Assembly: GCA_039931355.1 (NCBI GenBank)
Contig: JBDTSD010000007.1
Span: 314-64,313, forward strand
Length of the DNA: 64,000 nucleotides
Origin: Ginsengibacter sp.
GTDB taxonomy: Bacteria; Bacteroidota; Bacteroidia; Chitinophagales; Chitinophagaceae
Direction: 5' to 3'
Both the position numbers and the translations under genes were made by a program. The notes beneath the pieces are model-generated. The model was not told where the DNA came from. It did no database searches and worked only from the letters and a program-made list of their open reading frames with translations. How positions within the stretch are numbered: position 1 is the first letter of the stretch; each line of letters opens with the position of its first letter. Positions 37,432 to 46,970 of this stretch are shown in pieces.

Positions 37432-38037
37432 TTACTTACTGTACAATTCCACGATAAGTTGTTCCTTAATATTTTCCGGAACACTTTCTCTTTCGGGATA
37501 TGCAATGAACGTGCCCTGCATATTTGCTTCGCTCCATTCAATCCAATTAAATTTTGGATTCTTTGGCCGAAGATTTCCTGTAATATTAGTATTGCCAGAA
37601 GTTTTTTCTTTCAAACTAATTACATCTCCCGGTTTCAAAGAGTAGGATGGAATATTCAACACGCTATCATTAACGGTAATGTGTTTATGTGAAACAAGTT
37701 GCCTCGCAGCCTGCCTGCTGGGAGCGATTCCCATACGGAAAACTGTATTATCAAGCCGTGCTTCAAGAAGCTTTATCAGGTTTTCACCGGTTACACCTTT
37801 ACGGCGTGATGCTTCATTAAATGTGTTGCGGAATTGTTTCTCCAATACACCGTAAGTGTATTTGGCTTTTTGCTTTTCGCGAAGTTGAAGTGCATATTCA
37901 CCAAGGCTTTTGCGCTTGCGTGCTGCACCGTGCATTCCGGGAGGATTGCTGTTTTTAGTTAGCCACTTGCCGTTGCCGGTAATGGGTTCACCAAAAATCC
38001 TGGAAATCTTGGTTTTTGGTCCTGTGTAACGAGCCAT
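37432..38037 (-). CDS. rpsD: 30S ribosomal protein S4
   Basis: [38 protein letters not shown]. Confidence 0.98.
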   Translation of the reverse strand: MARYTGPKTKISRIFGEPITGNGKWLTKNSNPPGMHGAARKRKSLGEYALQLREKQKAKYTYGVLEKQFRNTFNEASRRKGVTGENLIKLLEARLDNTVFRMGIAPSRQAARQLVSHKHITVNDSVLNIPSYSLKPGDVISLKEKTSGNTNITGNLRPKNPKFNWIEWSEANMQGTFIAYPERESVPENIKEQLIVELYSK

Positions 38038-38055
38038 AATTGTTATTGATTTTTT

Positions 38056-38104
38056 AGTGTCGGTATATCATCATTAAAAATCAAAAATTAATGATACACC
38101 CGGT
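38056..38104 (-). promoter_or_regulatory. Candidate structured leader upstream of rpsD
   Basis: Minus strand gggtgtatcattaa...ttaatgatgatatacc hairpin. Confidence 0.4.
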
Positions 38105-38113
38105 TATTAAAAA

Positions 38114-38183
38114 TATGTACGATGTTTGATGTACGATGTGCAATGTAACATCGCAGATCTCACCTGGTATGTCGTACATTCTA
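38114..38183. repeat. Short tandem/inverted repeat patch (gtacgatgt / tcgtacat)
   Basis: tatgtacgatgtttgatgtacgatgt ... gtatgtcgtacatt. Confidence 0.55.
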
Positions 38184-38597
38184 CTAAACTCTTCTTTTCT
38201 TGGGAGGCCTGCAGCCATTATGAGGTAAAGGAGTCACATCTTTTATCATTACTATTTCAATACCTGATTGTGATAAAGACCGGATAGCACCTTCACGCCC
38301 TGAGCCCGGCCCCTTTACAAAAACATCAACACGCTTCAAGCCGGCATCCAATGCTACTTTCGCTGCATCAGCTGCTGCCATTTGGGCTGCATAAGGGGTA
38401 TTCTTTTTAGAACCCCTGAAACCCATTTTACCGGCAGATGACCAGGAAATTACCTGCCCCTGCTTGTTGGTTAGACTAATAATAATGTTGTTGAAACTTG
38501 CAACGATGTGTGCGTCTCCGTAATGCTCAACTTTTACAATTCTTTTTTTAGAGGATGCTTTCGCACCTGTTGCTTTTTGATTGGAAGCTTTTGCCAT
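38184..38597 (-). CDS. rpsK: 30S ribosomal protein S11
   Basis: [38 protein letters not shown]. Confidence 0.98.
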   Translation of the reverse strand: MAKASNQKATGAKASSKKRIVKVEHYGDAHIVASFNNIIISLTNKQGQVISWSSAGKMGFRGSKKNTPYAAQMAAADAAKVALDAGLKRVDVFVKGPGSGREGAIRSLSQSGIEIVMIKDVTPLPHNGCRPPKKRRV

Positions 38598-38630
38598 AAT
38601 TTGAACTAATAGGTAATCTTTAAAAATTTA

Positions 38631-38648
38631 CCCCGATAAAATCGGGAC
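38631..38648. repeat. Family Q palindrome, intergenic
   Basis: ccccgataaaatcgggac. Confidence 0.65.
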
Positions 38649-38743
38649 TGAATCAACCCTCCTTCCGGCTTACTGGAGATCGGTGTTAATTCAAAAAAAA
38701 CAGTAAGCCTTATTTATATTTTCCCTTACGGATACTGTCCTTG

Positions 38744-38764
38744 TCCCCCTTCAGGGGCCAGGGG
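38744..38764. repeat. Family P element after the rpsM stop
   Basis: tcccccttcaggggccagggg. Confidence 0.75.
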
Positions 38765-38765
38765 T

Positions 38766-39146
38766 TTATTTCTTAGGTGCTTTCTTTTTACCAGCAACTG
38801 TCTTACGCTTTCCTTTACGTGTGCGGCTGTTAGTACGGGTACGCTGCCCACGAAGTGGCAAACCTTTACGATGTCTCAACCCACGATAACAGGCAATATC
38901 GAGCAATCGCTTAATGTTTGTTTGTGTTTCACTACGAAGTGCTCCTTCTGTTTTGAACTCACCGCTTATTACATTTCTTATAGCAGTCTGTTCTTCATCA
39001 TTCCACTCATTTACCTTCTTGTCATAATTTACATTAGACTTATCCAGAATGTAACGGGCAGTGGAAGGACCTATACCATATATATAAGTAAGTCCGATAA
39101 CACCTCTTTTGTTTTTTGGTAAATCAATACCGGCAATACGAGCCAT
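38766..39146 (-). CDS. rpsM: 30S ribosomal protein S13
   Basis: [38 protein letters not shown]. Confidence 0.98.
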   Translation of the reverse strand: MARIAGIDLPKNKRGVIGLTYIYGIGPSTARYILDKSNVNYDKKVNEWNDEEQTAIRNVISGEFKTEGALRSETQTNIKRLLDIACYRGLRHRKGLPLRGQRTRTNSRTRKGKRKTVAGKKKAPKK

Positions 39147-39187
39147 CTGTGTCTTTAATTTTTAATTATCAATTTCTTTTCTTCTTT

Positions 39188-39231
39188 CCCCCTTTAGGGG
39201 TTCCGGGGTATCCCCCTTTAGGGGTTAGGGG
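39188..39231. repeat. Two tandem family P elements after the rpmJ stop
   Basis: ccccctttaggggttccgggg and tccccctttaggggttagggg. Confidence 0.85.
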
Positions 39232-39232
39232 T

Positions 39233-39349
39233 TTATCCCTGCCTTTGCTTAAAGCGTGGATTTTTTTTGTTAATTACGTACAATCTTCCTTTACGCCTAA
39301 CTATTTTACAGTCAACGCTTCTTTTTTTTATAGATGCCCTTACTTTCAT
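39233..39349 (-). CDS. rpmJ: 50S ribosomal protein L36 (absent from the ORF track)
   Basis: Hand translation: [38 protein letters not shown]. Confidence 0.97.
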   Translation of the reverse strand: MKVRASIKKRSVDCKIVRRKGRLYVINKKNPRFKQRQG

Positions 39350-39381
39350 ATTCTTTGTTTTATTAAGCTTTTGTTAAGCTT

Positions 39382-39600
39382 CTATTTATATCTAAAAATG
39401 ATTCGCCCTCTTGAAAGATCATAAGGACTCATTTCAACGCCGACTTTGTCTCCAGGTAGAATTCTGATGTAATGCATGCGCATTTTACCGGAAATAGTCG
39501 CCAAAATTTCATGCCCATTTTCAAGCTTTACCCTGAACATCGCATTGGATAAGGCTTCCAGGATCGTACCGTCTTGTTTAATTAATGCTTGTTTGGCCAT
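39382..39600 (-). CDS. infA: Translation initiation factor IF-1
   Basis: [37 protein letters not shown]. Confidence 0.98.
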   Translation of the reverse strand: MAKQALIKQDGTILEALSNAMFRVKLENGHEILATISGKMRMHYIRILPGDKVGVEMSPYDLSRGRIIFRYK

Positions 39601-39616
39601 ACTATTTTTGGGAGCG

Positions 39617-39624
39617 CAAAGATA
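39617..39624 (-). promoter_or_regulatory. -7 promoter box for the infA-rplQ operon
   Basis: Minus strand tatctttg(c), 16 bp upstream of infA. Confidence 0.7.
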
Positions 39625-39687
39625 AGAGATAATAATTTAATTTTACAAAAAAAGCGCTACCTATTACCTAATCATTCAAAAACCATT

Positions 39688-40365
39688 ATGAGACTAAAAT
39701 CAATCGCCCTCTTTTCTTTATTGGTTCTCATTCTCTCCTGTAAAAAAAATGACAACACAACCAACCCACCACAGAATGATACCTATTTAACCAGTTCTTC
39801 GGGAAGTAGCTGGAGTTATCATGTAATTGATAACTCAGGTGCCGTGCCCCCGAGTGACTATACACTTACGGCAACATCTGCAGACACAAGCATCAGTGGA
39901 AAAAGCTATCACATTTTCACCAATTCTGCAGGTGGCAATCAATATATGACTGTCATCGGTCATGATTATTACCAATTTGATTCATTGCCTACCGGAGTAA
40001 GCAATGCGATAATTGACAGGCTCTATCTAAAGGATAATGTAGCTGTCGGCGGCACCTGGAGCCAAAATGTAAATGTTGATATACCTGGCTCAACCATTCC
40101 TATACCTTTCACTGTTTCCAATTCTATAGCTGAAAGTGGAATATCAAGAACGGTACACGGTGTTGTTTATAATGATGTAATTCACGTTTCCACGCAGATA
40201 AGCTCTGCTTTTATTCCGCCTTCATCACTTACTACGAGTATTGATACCTGGTACGCAAAAAAATATGGACTGATTGAAAATACAAGCGTCGTTCATTTAG
40301 ATTTTTTCGGAATAGTGCAGGATGTAAATACAGCAACTACACTAACGGCTGCTACACTGAAATAA
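39688..40365 (+). CDS. Predicted lipoprotein (start placed at ATG 39688)
   Basis: Signal peptide with lipobox ILSC followed by KKNDN; beta-rich body ending WYAKKYGLI. Confidence 0.8.
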   Translation: MRLKSIALFSLLVLILSCKKNDNTTNPPQNDTYLTSSSGSSWSYHVIDNSGAVPPSDYTLTATSADTSISGKSYHIFTNSAGGNQYMTVIGHDYYQFDSLPTGVSNAIIDRLYLKDNVAVGGTWSQNVNVDIPGSTIPIPFTVSNSIAESGISRTVHGVVYNDVIHVSTQISSAFIPPSSLTTSIDTWYAKKYGLIENTSVVHLDFFGIVQDVNTATTLTAATLK

Positions 40366-40770
40366 TCACATAATATCATCGGTCAGATGAACCTTCGTCA
40401 TTGAATGGTAGTGGTTTTGTAACTCGTGTAAAGAAATGGGATGAAGCATAATTCTCTTTTCATTTCTATACCACATTTCAAAATTGGTAAAATTATCCTG
40501 CGTTGGGCATTGAATGCGAAAAGCACCCTTCGAATACTTTACTGAGCCATCATCATTTACCCCTTTCTGAAATTTTAATTTCATTAGTTGATTTTCATCA
40601 AGAGGAATCGGGTAAAGATCGTCAGTCTTGAAATAAAAATCCTGTACACCATTGTAGATGTTAACTTCCTTTTCGTCGTTATTAAAGCCGCTTACTTCTC
40701 CCTGCCATGCCTGTCCATCAGATTCTGCAAGTACATAGTCACCTATTTTCAGATCGCTGAATTTTATCAT
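40366..40770 (-). CDS. Hypothetical protein
   Basis: 134-aa ORF with natural composition (MIKFSDLKIGDYV). Confidence 0.75.
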   Translation of the reverse strand: MIKFSDLKIGDYVLAESDGQAWQGEVSGFNNDEKEVNIYNGVQDFYFKTDDLYPIPLDENQLMKLKFQKGVNDDGSVKYSKGAFRIQCPTQDNFTNFEMWYRNEKRIMLHPISLHELQNHYHSMTKVHLTDDIM

Positions 40771-40848
40771 GTTTTATATTTTATTCTAAAAAATAAAGAG
40801 GATTAAAACTAAGAGAAAAAAAAGATAAGACAAAAAACATTTGGTCTT

Positions 40849-42006
40849 TCACTCCGCCCAGCTCATTACATACTTATCATCTTCTATTTCAAGTGCCTGC
40901 TTCGTAAGTTGCAACGGGTGAAAAGTATCAACCATCACAGCAAGCTCTTTCGTCTCTTTCATTCCAATACTTTTATCAACAGCACCGGGGTGTGGGCCGT
41001 GCGGAATACCACCGGGATGAAGTGTTATCATGCCTCTTGTAACGTGCTTGCGGCTCATAAAATCACCATCCACATAATATAGTACTTCATCACTATCAAT
41101 ATTACTATGGTTGTAAGGAGCAGGTATTGATTCTGGATGATAGTCATACATTCTTGGCACAAAAGAACATACCACGAAATTATTTCCTTCAAAAGTCTGG
41201 TGTACAGGCGGCGGCTGATGCACCCTGCCTGTTATGGGTTCAAAATCATGTATAGAAAAAGCAAACGGATAGCAACAACCATCCCAACCTATCACGTCAA
41301 AAGGATGATGCAAATAATGGATGCCGTACATCATTCCTTTTTTTTTGGTCATAATAAGAAAATCTCCTTTTACATCATGCGTTTGAAGGTTTGCAGGCAC
41401 CCTTATATCCCGCTCGCAGAAAGGTGAGTTTTCCATTAGTTGGCCAAATTTGCTTACATAGCGTTTAGGATAACGTATAGGGCTAAACGATTCTAATATA
41501 AAAAGGCGATTTTCTTCTGTATCAAAATCCACCTGGTAAATAGTGCCTCTCGGGATAATGACGTAATCACCATAGCCGAACCTAATATCCCCATAAATAG
41601 TTTTTATATTACCCGTTCCTTCGTGTACAAAAATCATTTCATCTGCATCTGCATTTTTATAAAAATAACTGCGCATACTTTCCATAGGAGCGGCAAGAGA
41701 AATATGGCAATCATTATTAACTAACACAGGCTTCCTGCTTTTTATATAATCTTTTTCAGGGTTTATTTTAAAGCCCTGGAAGCTGCGGTGCTGCAGCATT
41801 TTTTCTTCTGCTACTTCAGGTGCTACGGAATGTGGCTTGTCAGTTTTGATAATTTGGGTAGGCGGATGTGTATGATAAAGCAAAGAAGAATCAGATGAAA
41901 AACCTTCCGTAGAAAACAATTGCTCCGAATATAAAGTGCCATCGGGTTTACGAAACTGTGTGTGTCTCTTATGTGGAATGGAACCGGCTTGCTGATAGTG
42001 GGGCAT
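40849..42006 (-). CDS. hmgA: Homogentisate 1,2-dioxygenase
   Basis: FYKNADADE, VHQPPPVHQTF, PYNHSNIDSDEVLYY, HPGGIPHGP. Confidence 0.93.
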   Translation of the reverse strand: MPHYQQAGSIPHKRHTQFRKPDGTLYSEQLFSTEGFSSDSSLLYHTHPPTQIIKTDKPHSVAPEVAEEKMLQHRSFQGFKINPEKDYIKSRKPVLVNNDCHISLAAPMESMRSYFYKNADADEMIFVHEGTGNIKTIYGDIRFGYGDYVIIPRGTIYQVDFDTEENRLFILESFSPIRYPKRYVSKFGQLMENSPFCERDIRVPANLQTHDVKGDFLIMTKKKGMMYGIHYLHHPFDVIGWDGCCYPFAFSIHDFEPITGRVHQPPPVHQTFEGNNFVVCSFVPRMYDYHPESIPAPYNHSNIDSDEVLYYVDGDFMSRKHVTRGMITLHPGGIPHGPHPGAVDKSIGMKETKELAVMVDTFHPLQLTKQALEIEDDKYVMSWAE

Positions 42007-42168
42007 CTTTTTGAATTAGGAATTAGGAATTGGGAACATTCTTGTCTTTATTTTCTTCAAATTTAATCATTAGGGTACTTCTAAAAACTACTTTTTCAAA
42101 AAGGGATTTTATATTTTTCTGACAATATTATAGACCCGCTGATTTTACTCAGTTTTTCTTCCGGGGGT

Positions 42169-42447
42169 TCATAAAAAACGCATGAAGCTGAAGCGATCCG
42201 TTATTTGAAATTCCATTTGCTCATCCCTTAAACCAAAATACTCCTGTGATATCAAAATCTTAAACATCATTATTATATGATCGAAGGGCGGCCTTCCACC
42301 AAGCCCCTTTGGTTTCCTTTATCAAATACTTGTTCAGCAAATACTTCCCAGTCTGTAGAGGTCTTTAATCTTTCCAATAGGTCACCCAACTTGCTGATCC
42401 CTTCTAACTTGAATTGCTCATCAAATATCCCCCGTCTTTTTACTCAT
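42169..42447 (-). pseudogene. IS5-family transposase N-terminal remnant
   Basis: Hand translation with frameshifts: GIFDEQFKLEGISKLGDLLERL..DWEVF..GRP / MMFKILISQEYFGLRDEQMEFQITDRFSFMRFL*. Confidence 0.8.
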
Positions 42448-42588
42448 AACTTTTTTTTCATCTTAGACATCCGCTTAGATTTGTTCCATCTTTCATTGCG
42501 TTTTTGGAACTATCCATTAAGATAAATTGCCATAATTCCCTCAATAATATTTTGCTGACATCTTTAATAAATAGCTACCTTGCTTTAC

Positions 42589-42870
42589 ATGAATTCAAAG
42601 GTTATTGCATTACCGGCGAGAAGAAAACAACCCGTGCTTTCCAGGCTTATGATTGTTTCACTAATAGAGGCTGGCGTACGCCAGCACAGGGAAATTCCAT
42701 TTGGCCCGGCAGACATAAAGGGCGGCTCTTTCGGCGCACTGATCACAAGGGGCCTCGTAGTGCTTACAGACGTGGTGGTAAAAAACCGTACGCAATCTTT
42801 GTGGCAGGTAACCCCGGAAGGATTTGAGATATTACGCGGGCTGGGTGTAAACCTGTATGATTATAATTAA
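42589..42870 (+). CDS. Small hypothetical protein, possibly winged-helix (ATG 42589)
   Basis: ALITRGLV and WQVTPEGFEIL resemble a wHTH wing; precedes the CheB/CheR gene. Confidence 0.55.
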   Translation: MNSKVIALPARRKQPVLSRLMIVSLIEAGVRQHREIPFGPADIKGGSFGALITRGLVVLTDVVVKNRTQSLWQVTPEGFEILRGLGVNLYDYN

Positions 42871-42958
42871 AGTAAATTTTCGCCTGCCAATAGTACATAG
42901 ATTGCTTTCAGCATTTTTGAAAGCCTACTAATAACGTTAGCCTATACCTGCACGACAA

Positions 42959-45900
42959 ATGCCCTACATGCCTAAAGTTCCGAAAGCTGTTTCAAAAAAA
43001 ATTCCTTCAAAAAAGCTATTCCCGGTTGTGGGTGTTGGCGCATCTGCAGGAGGACTGGAAGCGTTTAAAAAACTGGTGGGCGCTATACCAGCCAATTCCG
43101 GCATGGCTTACATATTGGTACAGCATCTGCATCCCGAACATAGCAGCACGCTGCCCGAAATTTTACAGAGAGAAACTTCTATACCCGTGCAGGAAGTAAG
43201 CGATAATGTAAAAGTAAAGCCGGACAACATCTATGTGATCCCCTCGAACAGCATGCTGGTGGCAAATGATGGCGTGTTGCAACTGAGCCCGAGGCCGGCC
43301 GGCAAGAAAAATAATTTGATAGATATTTTCTTTTCATCGTTGGCGGAGGTGCATCAAAACCAGGCAATAGGCATCGTGCTTTCCGGTACGGGAATGGATG
43401 GTACCATAGGGCTAAAAAAAATTAAAGATCACGGCGGTGTCACCTTTGCGCAAGACCCTGCTTCCGCCGCTTATGAAGATATGCCGCAGAGCGCCGTAGA
43501 AGCGGAGGTGGCAGATTTTATTATGCTGCCGGAAGAAATGCCGCACCGGTTAATGGAGATTATACGCACCCTGGAAAATTTTGATGAGGATGACAAACCG
43601 GGGAATGGTGAAAAATCAGAAGAGGAAAGTTACCGCAACGTGCTCTCGCTTGTGCGCCTTAAGTTTGGGGCAGACTTTAATTTTTATAAACAAACTACTA
43701 TACGCAGGCGCATACTGCGCCGCCTGGCAATGCTTAAAGTAGAAAAAATAGCCGATTACCTGCGGCGGCTACAAGATAGCAGGGAGGAGCAGGAAACATT
43801 GTTTCGCGATCTTCTTATACCGGTTACTTCTTTTTTTCGCGATGCTAAAACTTTCAAAAACATTTGTGAAAGCGTTTTCCCCGAACTTTTGAAAGATATC
43901 CCGATAACTATCGGGACACATGTAAACCCCTTACGCATTTGGGTGGCTGGCTGCTCTACCGGTGAAGAAGCCTATTCCCTGGGTATATGCCTCTACGAAT
44001 TTCTTAGTGATAAAGCCTCCAACATCAAGGTCCAGATTTTTGCTACCGATATTTCCAAATACTCCATTGCAAAAGCGCGGGCTGGGGTATATAGCACACG
44101 TCAACTGGAGGGCATTTCCGATGCAAGGCTGCAACAGTTTTTTTCGAAGGCTGATGGAAGCTACCAGATAAAAAAGATCATAAGGGATATGTGTGTATTC
44201 GCCACGCATAATTTTCTAAAAGATCCCCCTTTTGCCAGGATGGACTTCATCAGTTGCCGGAATGTGCTCATCTATATGGAGCCCATTCTGCAGAAAAAGG
44301 CATTTGCTATTTTTCATTATGCACTCAACGAGAAAGGATTTTTGCTGCTGGGGAAATCTGAAAGTGCGGGAAGTTCGGGGCTTTTTCGGCAGGCGGACAA
44401 AAAAGATAAAGTCTTTACTAAAAAATTATCATCGGGGAAATTCATTAATGTTAATTCTTTTTCACGGGAAGAGAAACTTAAAGACACAGATTATGCATTC
44501 AGGGGCAATGAGCGCAACAAGGATGATTTTCAAAAAAATGCCGATGATATTTTATTGGCAAAATATACACCGCCCGGGGTGATAGTGAATGAGCAGTTTG
44601 ATATTTTGCAATTCCGCGGATCAACAGGGCCATACCTGGAGCCGTCGCCAGGCAAAGCCAGCCTGAACGTGCTAAAGATGGCAAGGTATGGTTTAGCATT
44701 TGAGTTGCGGAACGGGTTGCACAAAGCAAAGGCTGCACGCAAGGCTTTTACAAAAGAAGGCATACCCGCAGACGATGGAAAAAAAGTGGTAAGCATTGAA
44801 GTAATTCCTTTGCTTAATACGATAGATCTTCACTTTCTTATTCTATTTAGAGACCATGAAGTACCTGTAGGCAAGGCAAAGCCCGGCGACAAAGAGAACA
44901 GGCAATATAAATCTATAGCCGCGGCAAAAGACGCTCGCGTGCTACAACTGGAGAAAGATCTTTTACAGGCACGCGAAAATATGCGCAGCATCACTGAAGA
45001 CCAGGAAGCCGCCAATGAAGAATTGCAAAGCGCCAACGAAGAATTGCTGAGCGGAAGTGAAGAATTGCAAAGCCTTAACGAGGAACTGGAAACAAGCAAA
45101 GAGGAACTGCAAAGCACTAATGAAGAACTGATAACCGTAAACCAGGAACTTTTTGACCGTAACGAACAGTATAACAGGTCGCGCCTATACGCAGAGGCAA
45201 TCGTAACTGCTGCGCATGAGCCCTTATTAGTGCTCAATCACAATTTTACCGTAAAGAGCGCCAATAAGGCTTTCTTCAATATTTTCGCTTTAACAGAAAA
45301 GGAAACCCTGGGCAAAGTGTTATTTACGCTGCAAAATGATGGCTGGAATATTTTCGGCCTGAGGGACCAGTTGCTACGCATACAAAGCAAAACGGAAGCC
45401 TGGCTGGAATGGGAAACCACTTACAATTTTCCGGGCATGGGAGAGCGTACTATTGTTTTTAATGCACAGCCGATACCCGAAGAAGACGAAAAGCATTTGA
45501 TATTGCTGGCGCTTGACGATATCACCGAAAAAAAGAAGGCCGGGCAATTGCAAGACCTGGAAAACCTGAAGCTTATTTTAGACTCTGTTAACCAGATAAC
45601 TTTTTCAACATCCGCAGCCGGTGAGTTTACATATTTCAATAATTATTTTCTCGACTATGCCGGCATATCGCTGCGGCAGGCGCTGGAAGAAGGCTGGCTC
45701 CCTTTTGTAAAGCCGCAGCAGCAGGAGGAAGCCACCAAAGCGTGGGAGCATTCGATAAGCACGCTTAATAATCTCAATATAGAGCTGGAGCTAAAGAGAA
45801 AAAGCGATGGAATGTACCGCTGGCATATCTGCCGCGCATTAGCTATTGTGAATGAAGCGGGGCAGGTTGCCTCCTGGGTGGGCACCGCGACGGATATACA

Positions 45901-46591
45901 GGAGCAAAAAATAAAGGAAAAGGAAAAAGATGATTTCGTAAGCATCGCGAGCCACGAGCTAAAAACCCCGCTTACTTCCGCTAAGGCATTTGTGCAATTA
46001 TTGGAGCATGGCCTGAAACGAAAAAATGATGATGACCTTATTTTTGCAGAAAAAGCAAGCGCATCCATTGACAGGATTAATGAACTTGTGGCAGAGCTAC
46101 TTGATGTAAGCAAGATACAGCACGGAAAGTTCGGGCTGAAAGTTACTTCTTTCGACTTTAATAAAATGCTCATCGATGTAATTGAGAGCGTACAGATGAT
46201 AACGCCTTCACATAAAATAATGCTCGAAAACAGTGTACACCAAAAGGTAAGTGGCGACCATGACAGGCTGGGGCAGGTAGTGAATAACCTGCTTAACAAT
46301 GCTGTAAAATATTCCCCAAAGTCCGATGAAATTTTAGTAAGGTCATCAATGCAGAGCGGTGAGATAAAAGTTTCTGTAAATGATAATGGTATTGGTATAA
46401 GCAAGAAAAACCTGAATAAAGTTTTCGATCGCTATTACAGGGAGGAAGGAAGAGCGATGCAATTCCAGGGATTAGGTATAAGCCTTTCCATTTCAAAAGA
46501 AATAATACAACGACACAATGGCAAAATATGGGCGGAGAGTGAACCCGGTAAAGGAAGCACTTTCTATTTTACATTATCCGCAGGCACATAA
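42959..46591 (+). CDS. CheB-CheR-PAS-histidine kinase fusion
   Basis: GVGASAGG, VQHL, LSGTGMDG (CheB); IWVAGCSTGEEAYS, SCRNVLIY (CheR); coiled coil; PAS; SHELKTPL, NAVKYS, GKGSTF. Confidence 0.93.
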   Translation: MPYMPKVPKAVSKKIPSKKLFPVVGVGASAGGLEAFKKLVGAIPANSGMAYILVQHLHPEHSSTLPEILQRETSIPVQEVSDNVKVKPDNIYVIPSNSMLVANDGVLQLSPRPAGKKNNLIDIFFSSLAEVHQNQAIGIVLSGTGMDGTIGLKKIKDHGGVTFAQDPASAAYEDMPQSAVEAEVADFIMLPEEMPHRLMEIIRTLENFDEDDKPGNGEKSEEESYRNVLSLVRLKFGADFNFYKQTTIRRRILRRLAMLKVEKIADYLRRLQDSREEQETLFRDLLIPVTSFFRDAKTFKNICESVFPELLKDIPITIGTHVNPLRIWVAGCSTGEEAYSLGICLYEFLSDKASNIKVQIFATDISKYSIAKARAGVYSTRQLEGISDARLQQFFSKADGSYQIKKIIRDMCVFATHNFLKDPPFARMDFISCRNVLIYMEPILQKKAFAIFHYALNEKGFLLLGKSESAGSSGLFRQADKKDKVFTKKLSSGKFINVNSFSREEKLKDTDYAFRGNERNKDDFQKNADDILLAKYTPPGVIVNEQFDILQFRGSTGPYLEPSPGKASLNVLKMARYGLAFELRNGLHKAKAARKAFTKEGIPADDGKKVVSIEVIPLLNTIDLHFLILFRDHEVPVGKAKPGDKENRQYKSIAAAKDARVLQLEKDLLQARENMRSITEDQEAANEELQSANEELLSGSEELQSLNEELETSKEELQSTNEELITVNQELFDRNEQYNRSRLYAEAIVTAAHEPLLVLNHNFTVKSANKAFFNIFALTEKETLGKVLFTLQNDGWNIFGLRDQLLRIQSKTEAWLEWETTYNFPGMGERTIVFNAQPIPEEDEKHLILLALDDITEKKKAGQLQDLENLKLILDSVNQITFSTSAAGEFTYFNNYFLDYAGISLRQALEEGWLPFVKPQQQEEATKAWEHSISTLNNLNIELELKRKSDGMYRWHICRALAIVNEAGQVASWVGTATDIQEQKIKEKEKDDFVSIASHELKTPLTSAKAFVQLLEHGLKRKNDDDLIFAEKASASIDRINELVAELLDVSKIQHGKFGLKVTSFDFNKMLIDVIESVQMITPSHKIMLENSVHQKVSGDHDRLGQVVNNLLNNAVKYSPKSDEILVRSSMQSGEIKVSVNDNGIGISKKNLNKVFDRYYREEGRAMQFQGLGISLSISKEIIQRHNGKIWAESEPGKGSTFYFTLSAGT
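43898..43917. repeat. Family Q palindrome in frame inside the CheR domain
   Basis: atcccgataactatcgggac encodes IPITIG(T). Confidence 0.75.
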
Positions 46592-46970
46592 AATGAATTC
46601 TAATTGTATGATTGATTATTAGGTATTTTAATGTGAATCAGTTAACGAACCCTTAAATATTCCCCTCCAATTTTTATAAGTATTACAACAGAGCAGTATT
46701 TGTTAGCCGCCACATTAGCTTTAATAGCTTCTCCCCTTTTGAAAAGAATATACAGGTGGTTTTAGTAAATTGAGTAAGGACAATCCTCCAATTCTGCCTT
46801 TTATTTTATCGCATGGAACTTGTTAATTTATTACCCTAAGGGGCTGATAATTCCATTATATGACGTCTTATTGTAAGGGCATGATAGTTGATATTTTAAA
46901 GAAAAGTGAAAAGCAAATAGTCATTAATCTTTGAAGCATTTAAAACCTCTAACTAGTAAAATAAATAATC

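Noticed and set aside
39188-39231. Tandem palindromes as a mini-CRISPR
   Set aside because: Adjacent copies with no spacer; members of the dispersed family P
42959-46591. Chemotaxis system
   Set aside because: CheB/CheR-PAS-kinase fusions are widespread stand-alone proteins; no cheA, cheW or MCP here
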